Shown here piece after piece: positions 6,080 to 11,480 of a DNA stretch of 11,480 nucleotides (position 1 is its first letter; every line of letters begins with the position of its first letter). The notes under the pieces are model-generated. The model saw only the letters and a list, made by a program, of their open reading frames with translations. It was not told the origin of the DNA and did no database searches. This DNA comes from Candidatus Hadarchaeota archaeon. GTDB taxonomy: Archaea; CAYQAE01; CAYVLA01. The stretch spans positions 1 through 11,480 of the forward strand of contig CAYVLA010000106.1 of assembly GCA_964452145.1 (NCBI GenBank), in the 5' to 3' direction. Made by a program: the position numbers and the translations under genes.

Positions 6080-8347
6080 TCACATCTCGAGGATCCTCTT
6101 CACCCTGACCTCCTCGGCGAATATTCCGTGGCAGGCCTTCTCCTGGAACTGGGAGACTATCTCCCCTGCCCCGAACGAGGTCGTCAGGTAGTCCATATTG
6201 GTCTTGAACCTGGAGTAAGCCGTCTCGAAGTCGGTCAGTTCCTGGTAGAAGTCGAAAAGCTTGGTTATGTACAGGCAGAACAAGGATACCGCAGCCGATA
6301 TCACCTTCTGGGGCGGGATGTCTCTGAGCGTCTTGCGCAGCTCGTCGGTGAGGATCTTGCCCTCATCGGAGAGCACGAGCTTGGGGACGTTGGTGTAGTC
6401 GGAGGACACCTCATCCATCCGCTGTTGGATCTTGTCCATCGGCACGCTCATTGACCGGTGGATGTCGTGGACTATCGATTCAGCTAAGCCGCTTCCTATG
6501 GCGATGACCTTCTCCTCCTCCGACATGAAGTCGAACCTGCCGGAGTCCCTGAGGCTCTGGAACTTCCTCTCGTGCTTCCTGGTCTCCAGTGCCCTCTTGA
6601 TCTCGTATGGGAGGAATGGCAGGTTCTCGGATCTCAGGTACTGGATGAACTCCTCGATATCCGAGTCCGTGGGGTCGGGGAATTTCTCCAGGAATTGTCC
6701 GAGGAGGAAGCTGAGCCTCTTGGTGTTGAGGGCCTGCAACTTCTCCTTGCTCTTGCCGTCCAGCTCTTCAACCATTCCCTCGGCCGCATCCAACTCCCTC
6801 CCGACGTCGATTCCCTGCGCCAGCTGCCTCTCTATCTTGGCCACGGCGAGCGAAAGCTGCGAACTTCCATCGACGTCCAGAGACGAGAAGAACCTCAGCT
6901 TGTTCTTGATCCTTGCCAGCCTCTCGCCGCGGCGCTTCTCGCTTGTCACCTTCGTCCGGGCATGCAAGAGCATCTGTCTGATCTCCTCCAGGTCGGGCGA
7001 GATGTCCCTGAGGCCCTGCTCCTTCTCTGCCAAGGTCAGCTTCTGAAGGGCCTTGCCCCCATCCCCTCCGATCTCGTTCACCTCGGCGGCCGATCTCCGG
7101 AGATCTTCGATGGCCTGTATCACCGTGCGGAAGACTCCGGAGTTCCTTAAATCCGAGCGCGCCCCGGAGTTGAGGATCTGGCACTGCCTCGACCCACAGT
7201 GAGAACCCAGGCAGATCATCCTCCCGTCGCTAGACGCGTAGATTATCTCCAGTTCTCCGTCCGCGTCGACATCGGCTATCGCGGGACCCGAACGGGGCTC
7301 GCCCTTGGCGGGTATGGTCTTCTCGGCCTGCCCATCCGATCCGAGGACCGAGATCTCATCCCCCTGTGTGAAGGCCACCGTCTCGACTCCGCCGTCGTGA
7401 TCGATGTCAACGGGCACCGGCATGGAATCCACCATGCCCCTGATGGGCTTGTCCCACAGCACATCGCCCTGGGCCCCCATGCATACGAGCCTACCCCCAC
7501 CGCCGAGTGCCTGGGTCGCGCTGACCAGTATCTCCATCTTGCCGTCGCCGTTCACATCGGCCAGCACCGGCGAGCTACGAATCCCGATCCCCGCAACCCT
7601 GCTCCAGAGAGTCTGTCCCTCCGAGTTGATGACGTAGATGGCTCCGTTGTCCGAGCATGCCACGATCTCGACTACGCGATCCCCGTTGATATCGCCCGCT
7701 GCCAAGGATGCGTTGAAGTTGGGGGCCTCGAACTCCTTCCTGATGCGGAGGGAGCCCTCGGGATCGAAGATCAGGATGTGATTGGAGGAGGACCCGGCGA
7801 TGATCTCCATCCTTCCGTCGCCGTCCAGGTCAACCAGGCAGGGAGAGGACTGTACAGGGGCCCCGCTTCTTGGTCCCCTGTGGCTTGACTGGAAGACGAG
7901 TTCGCCCGTAACTCCGTCGATGGCATAGATGGCGGAGTCGCTTCCGCCGACGATCACCTCGCATCTTCCATCCCCATCTATGTCCGCCAAGGCGGGCGTC
8001 GATCTGATGGGGCCTTCGGCCCTGAAGGCCCATAGGACCCGGCCGTCAACGCCGTTGAGGGCGTAGATGTTGGAGTCATCGGAGCCCGCTACGACCTCCA
8101 TGACTCCATCGCCGTTGATGTCCCCGACCAGAGGGGATGACCTCACGGGAGCATCGGTCTCGAAGCTCCACGCTACCACTCCATCGCTGCCCCTCAGGGC
8201 ATAGATGAAGTGGTCATCGGATGCGAAGACTACCTCCAGCAGGCCGTCCCCGTTCACATCAGCCACCGACGGGTAGGCGAAGATCCTGCCCTTGGCGGCG
8301 AACTCCCATTTCATGTTGCGTGCCAGATGCCTGGAAAAGATGCCCAT
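6080..8347 (-). CDS. FG-GAP/VCBS-type repeat beta-propeller protein with long C-terminal helical region, no signal peptide
   Basis: Eight ~45-aa repeats with Dx[DN]xDG-x-x-E loops in aa 26-380, then about 345 aa of charged helical sequence. SD-like GAGTGAT precedes the ATG, which lies 10 nt after the stop of the upstream gene. Confidence 0.9.
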   Translation of the reverse strand: MGIFSRHLARNMKWEFAAKGRIFAYPSVADVNGDGLLEVVFASDDHFIYALRGSDGVVAWSFETDAPVRSSPLVGDINGDGVMEVVAGSDDSNIYALNGVDGRVLWAFRAEGPIRSTPALADIDGDGRCEVIVGGSDSAIYAIDGVTGELVFQSSHRGPRSGAPVQSSPCLVDLDGDGRMEIIAGSSSNHILIFDPEGSLRIRKEFEAPNFNASLAAGDINGDRVVEIVACSDNGAIYVINSEGQTLWSRVAGIGIRSSPVLADVNGDGKMEILVSATQALGGGGRLVCMGAQGDVLWDKPIRGMVDSMPVPVDIDHDGGVETVAFTQGDEISVLGSDGQAEKTIPAKGEPRSGPAIADVDADGELEIIYASSDGRMICLGSHCGSRQCQILNSGARSDLRNSGVFRTVIQAIEDLRRSAAEVNEIGGDGGKALQKLTLAEKEQGLRDISPDLEEIRQMLLHARTKVTSEKRRGERLARIKNKLRFFSSLDVDGSSQLSLAVAKIERQLAQGIDVGRELDAAEGMVEELDGKSKEKLQALNTKRLSFLLGQFLEKFPDPTDSDIEEFIQYLRSENLPFLPYEIKRALETRKHERKFQSLRDSGRFDFMSEEEKVIAIGSGLAESIVHDIHRSMSVPMDKIQQRMDEVSSDYTNVPKLVLSDEGKILTDELRKTLRDIPPQKVISAAVSLFCLYITKLFDFYQELTDFETAYSRFKTNMDYLTTSFGAGEIVSQFQEKACHGIFAEEVRVKRILEM
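7208..8272 (-). repeat. Eight protein-level FG-GAP-like (calcium-blade) repeats
   Basis: DVNGDG, DINGDG, DIDGDG, DLDGDG, DINGDR, DVNGDG, DIDHDG and DVDADG, each followed by xxE and a hydrophobic strand, and mostly preceded by a Pro-containing strand. Confidence 0.9.
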
Positions 8348-8357
8348 CCGATCACTC

Positions 8358-8840
8358 TCAGTATGTCTCCACGGTCACGTTCAGGATGCCACCATCGATC
8401 TTGGTTATTCGTACGACGTTGGAGCCCGGTCCGATGAAGTATCTGCGTTCGAAAGGAAGGGTCAGGTTGGCCGCGAGCATGGCGCCTTGGGAGGTGTAGG
8501 CGAACTCCATCCCGGTCACGTCCGCGTATACCTCTTTGGGCACGCGGAAGTAGTAGACCATCCTCGGAGGCGAGTTGAAGAGATCTATCCCGCCGTGCTT
8601 TATCTCAAGCTCGACCGATCTGCTGGAGCCCGCAGGCTCCTCCGTCACCTTCATGATCTCGTTGTACAGGCTCGTCATGAGGGCCTCGGCCTCCCTGATC
8701 CTGTTGCGGGAGGTGAACTGGTCGAGAAGTGGATTGACAGCCACGAGCGCGAAGGTGATCGCGCTCATCATGACCATCAGAACCAGGAGCTGGCCAACAG
8801 TTTGATCCAGTCCCCTCCGGTCGCGCACCAGGCCCATCAT
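8358..8840 (-). CDS. Archaeal type IV pilin-like protein (class III signal peptide)
   Basis: MMGLVRDRRG / LDQTVGQLLVLMVMMSAITFALVAV, then an amphipathic helix, a PAGSSRSVEL turn-strand and a beta-rich remainder. ATGA overlap with the upstream stop at 8840-8837. Confidence 0.82.
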   Translation of the reverse strand: MMGLVRDRRGLDQTVGQLLVLMVMMSAITFALVAVNPLLDQFTSRNRIREAEALMTSLYNEIMKVTEEPAGSSRSVELEIKHGGIDLFNSPPRMVYYFRVPKEVYADVTGMEFAYTSQGAMLAANLTLPFERRYFIGPGSNVVRITKIDGGILNVTVETY

Positions 8841-9637
8841 TTGACTTCCATCCTTATCCTCGCATAGCGGAGGACGACGTATCGTTCCCTGACCCTGTAG
8901 ACCATCAGGGGCACGCCGTTGAGCTTGGCGGTATCGCCCTCCCCGACGATCTCGATGAGAGTGCCCGTTGAGTCGTGGATCCCGACTCTGTCGAACACGT
9001 ACTCCTCGTTGGGGTCGGACATGTAAAGGGTCCAGACGTCGTTCGTGGCCCCGTTTCCGTTGATGTCGACGCCGTAGATGGACTCGTTGAGCTCTGAGAC
9101 ATAGTAGGACCCGGTCGTGGACCCCACCGTGCCAGGTATCGTCGTGTTCTTGTTCAGGGTCCAGCTATCTATCCTGATCCTGGATTCCCTCTCAAAGGTC
9201 AGTATGACCGTGTAGAGCCCGGGCCTGATCCTGGTGTTCTGGGTGACCAGGTCCACGGGCAGCTCCGAAGCCATCGTGAGGATTCCGTCCTGGATGGTGA
9301 CGAGCAGGTTGGAGGTGCTTCCCGGATCATAGCTCACCTCCGTTTTGACCGTGTAGGCTAGGGCATCTTGCACCGGGTCGGCCGCAAGCATGCCGTGAGA
9401 GATGGACGCCCTGAAGATCACGGACGAGTTCGGTCCACTGATCAGGAGTTCGCGGATGTTTGTGTCCATGTTCCTGAGGACGTTTCTCATCAGGTCCAGA
9501 TTGTTGCGATCCTTGGCCTTCTGGATCTCGGGCGAGATCAGGGCGTACGTCAGGAGACTGCCGCTGGTGACGACCAGGGTCATGAGAAGGACCCCTGACA
9601 CCAGGTATATTCCCCTCCGGTTCCCGGCGAGCCGCAT
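8837..9637 (-). CDS. Archaeal type IV pilin-like protein (class III signal peptide) with extra C-terminal beta domain
   Basis: Start reassigned to ATG 9637, which has GGAGG upstream and lies 1 nt after the TAG of the previous gene. Sequence MRLAGNRRG / IYLVSGVLLMTLVVTSGSLLTYALI, then a helix, GPNSSVIF and a beta-rich body. 266 aa. Confidence 0.8.
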   Translation of the reverse strand: MRLAGNRRGIYLVSGVLLMTLVVTSGSLLTYALISPEIQKAKDRNNLDLMRNVLRNMDTNIRELLISGPNSSVIFRASISHGMLAADPVQDALAYTVKTEVSYDPGSTSNLLVTIQDGILTMASELPVDLVTQNTRIRPGLYTVILTFERESRIRIDSWTLNKNTTIPGTVGSTTGSYYVSELNESIYGVDINGNGATNDVWTLYMSDPNEEYVFDRVGIHDSTGTLIEIVGEGDTAKLNGVPLMVYRVRERYVVLRYARIRMEVK

Positions 9638-9638
9638 C

Positions 9639-11480
9639 CTAGCCTCCCTCCGGTGCGGGGGCCGTGATCTCAATCATTCCGCTTCGGTTCTTCTTGTCGT
9701 AGACGACCAGCGTGATCGTTTCCCCTCCGGCTATCTGGAACCCTGGCCAGTAGGTGACCTTGTAGCCCGAGAGGAGTTCCCCCGCTATCTGGTCATAGGC
9801 CTCCTGCAGCTTCTCGGGCGTCGGGGCAAGGTAGAACCTTCCCCCGGTCTGCTCGCTGATGAGGGTGAGAACCCCAACGTCCACCTTGTCCTCCTCCCCC
9901 AGACCGACGCTGTAGATGGGTACGCTCTCCTGGACGGCCAGGTCTATTACCTCCTCCGAGGTGTGATTGCTGTACGGGAGCCCGGTGGCGTAGTTGAGGT
10001 CCTTGCCGTCCGTGAGGACGACTACCGCCTTGAACTTGCTTCTCTCCTTCACCCAGAGAACCGACTGGTAGAGGGCGTCGTAGAGCGGCGTTCCGTCGCG
10101 GGTCGTCAGCCCATCGATCACCGCGGCGAGATAAGCCTTCCCAGAGTCATCCGTGTTGGTGAAATCGGCCCTGAGGATTATCTCCGTCGTTTCGGCCTCG
10201 TAGTTAGTGGAGAAGCTACAGATGGCGCCCTCGTCCTCCGGGAACATGCGGTCTATGAAGCTCTTAACGGCTGCCTTCATGAAGTCCAGCCTGGATTCCT
10301 CCCCGGGCTTGGGGAGCTCATCCTTCCACATGACCCATTCCATGGACCCGGAGACATCGTTGGTGAAGATGACGCTGAGATCGAATTTCCTGTCGGGGGC
10401 CCCCACCTCCAGGTCTCGGTGTGTAGGCGTCCTGGTGACGTTGTCGCTCGTCTGCTCGTTCCCCGCAATATCGGATGCCTTCCCCCGGAAGACCGTGGTT
10501 TCATTGAAGGTCTTGGAATCCCATATGATCGCCCGTTCGCGCACGGTCTCGACCTTGCCCCGGTATTCCGTTGAAATGGCGTAACTCCTCGGGTCGACCC
10601 TGCTTCCCGAATCGCTTGCGATCACGGATATCGAGTAGCGCCCGCCCTGGAGGAACTCGTCCTGGGAGTTGTACATGTAGAAGTTGTTCGCATCGAGCTC
10701 CCTGACGGGCATCGAATTCTGGTCCGTCACGAAGATGTAGATCTCGATTCGGTCCGACTCGCTGCGGACTTCGGTCACGGACAGCCTCAGCTCGCCTCCA
10801 TAGATCTGGGTCGTATTCAGGTCAACCTGGGGAGGAACCCTGTCTACGACGAAGTGGGCCAAGTCCGCACCCTCGCCGAACGAGTTGCGGCTGACCACCC
10901 TGACGACGTGCTGACCGTCCGCGAGGCTTGTGGGGTGCAGACCCGGATCGATGATGAAGCCGTCCAGGCTTGCCGTGGAGTTGGCCACCAGCCTGCCGTC
11001 GAGGTAGATGCTGTGCTGGGTGGCGCTGTTGCTGGTTCGGTAGCTCACGTTGAAGGAGCCTTTGAAGACCGATCCGTCCAGGGGGTAGACTATCTGGGTC
11101 AGCGGAGCCGGGTTTATGACGACCCTCCCATCCCGAATCCCGATGGTGTGGGACTCGGTGCTGCTTATGCCCCTCTTGCTGATCGTGACACCGCTGCTGG
11201 GCATCCTGTAGGTCGCCTTGGCGGTCCTTATCGTGAGGAAGTTGCCGCTCGCATCCGACTCGATCGCATATCTCGCGCCGCCCGTGAGCTGGGGCAGATT
11301 CAAGGCCACCTCGTCGGCTCCGACGCCCCAGGCCTCGGAGACCTTGGATTTCAGGTAGGTCGATATCCCTCGAACGATCTGCTCCTCCTGGATCCTGGAG
11401 TACTCGTCCGAGCTGCTCTTGACGATGAAGGCTATGGAGGAGAAGACCGCAGCCATCACCATGAGCATCAGGAGGTTTCC
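9639..11480 (-). CDS. Large pilin-like adhesin with Ig-like and von Willebrand A (MIDAS) domains (5' end outside window)
   Basis: The frame is open to the window edge (GNLL-MLMVMAAVFSSIAFIV). Ig-like motifs: PLTQIVYPLDGS, SLADGQHVVRVVSRN, VDRVPPQV and ASDIAGN. vWA motifs: NDVSGSM, SRLDFMKAAV, GTPLYDAL, VVVLTDGKD, PIYSVGLG and ISEQTGGRFY. Confidence 0.9.
   Translation of the reverse strand, partial: GNLLMLMVMAAVFSSIAFIVKSSSDEYSRIQEEQIVRGISTYLKSKVSEAWGVGADEVALNLPQLTGGARYAIESDASGNFLTIRTAKATYRMPSSGVTISKRGISSTESHTIGIRDGRVVINPAPLTQIVYPLDGSVFKGSFNVSYRTSNSATQHSIYLDGRLVANSTASLDGFIIDPGLHPTSLADGQHVVRVVSRNSFGEGADLAHFVVDRVPPQVDLNTTQIYGGELRLSVTEVRSESDRIEIYIFVTDQNSMPVRELDANNFYMYNSQDEFLQGGRYSISVIASDSGSRVDPRSYAISTEYRGKVETVRERAIIWDSKTFNETTVFRGKASDIAGNEQTSDNVTRTPTHRDLEVGAPDRKFDLSVIFTNDVSGSMEWVMWKDELPKPGEESRLDFMKAAVKSFIDRMFPEDEGAICSFSTNYEAETTEIILRADFTNTDDSGKAYLAAVIDGLTTRDGTPLYDALYQSVLWVKERSKFKAVVVLTDGKDLNYATGLPYSNHTSEEVIDLAVQESVPIYSVGLGEEDKVDVGVLTLISEQTGGRFYLAPTPEKLQEAYDQIAGELLSGYKVTYWPGFQIAGGETITLVVYDKKNRSGMIEITAPAPEGG

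Noticed and set aside
7208..8272. DNA repeat array or CRISPR suggested by recurring CCGTCGCCG/CCGTTGATG-like words at ~135-nt spacing
   Set aside because: They are degenerate codons of the protein DxDGDG repeats, not identical nucleotide repeats with spacers.
5891..8867. Several 187-229-aa plus-strand ORFs opposite the FG-GAP and pilin genes
   Set aside because: Shadow frames whose periodicity mirrors the minus-strand repeats.
5154..9637. Archaellum (arl/fla) operon
   Set aside because: The pilin-like N-termini lack the archaellin consensus (GIGTLIVFIAMVLVAAVAA-like), and no ArlH/I/J genes are in the window.
9638..9673. ORF-track start at 9673 for the second pilin
   Set aside because: ATG 9637 has a GGAGG SD, abuts the upstream stop and yields a typical short class III leader.
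9402..10574. 390-aa plus-strand ORF
   Set aside because: Antisense to two well-supported pilin/vWA genes, with no recognisable motifs.

Overview
GC-rich window that looks archaeal, based on class III signal peptides with a FlaK/PibD-type peptidase, TATA/BRE-like promoters and many N-glycosylation sequons; the taxon cannot be fixed from sequence alone. There are three blocks. (1) 1-1778 (-): a >592-aa secreted protein missing from the ORF track, with an N-terminal beta domain, two cadherin-like Ig repeats and a ~230-aa coiled coil, running off the left edge. (2) 2007-5043: a small-molecule or sugar catabolism trio of a xylose-isomerase-like TIM barrel, a UroD/MtaA-superfamily protein and a convergent Gfo/Idh/MocA oxidoreductase. 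(3) 5154-11480 (-): a tightly coupled type IV pilin-like operon, comprising a large pilin-Ig-vWA(MIDAS) protein truncated at the right edge, two smaller pilin-like proteins and a signal-less 8-repeat FG-GAP propeller fused to a long helical region, followed by a prepilin peptidase. Block 3 is the best candidate for an undescribed system. No RNA genes, CRISPR arrays or mobile elements were seen.
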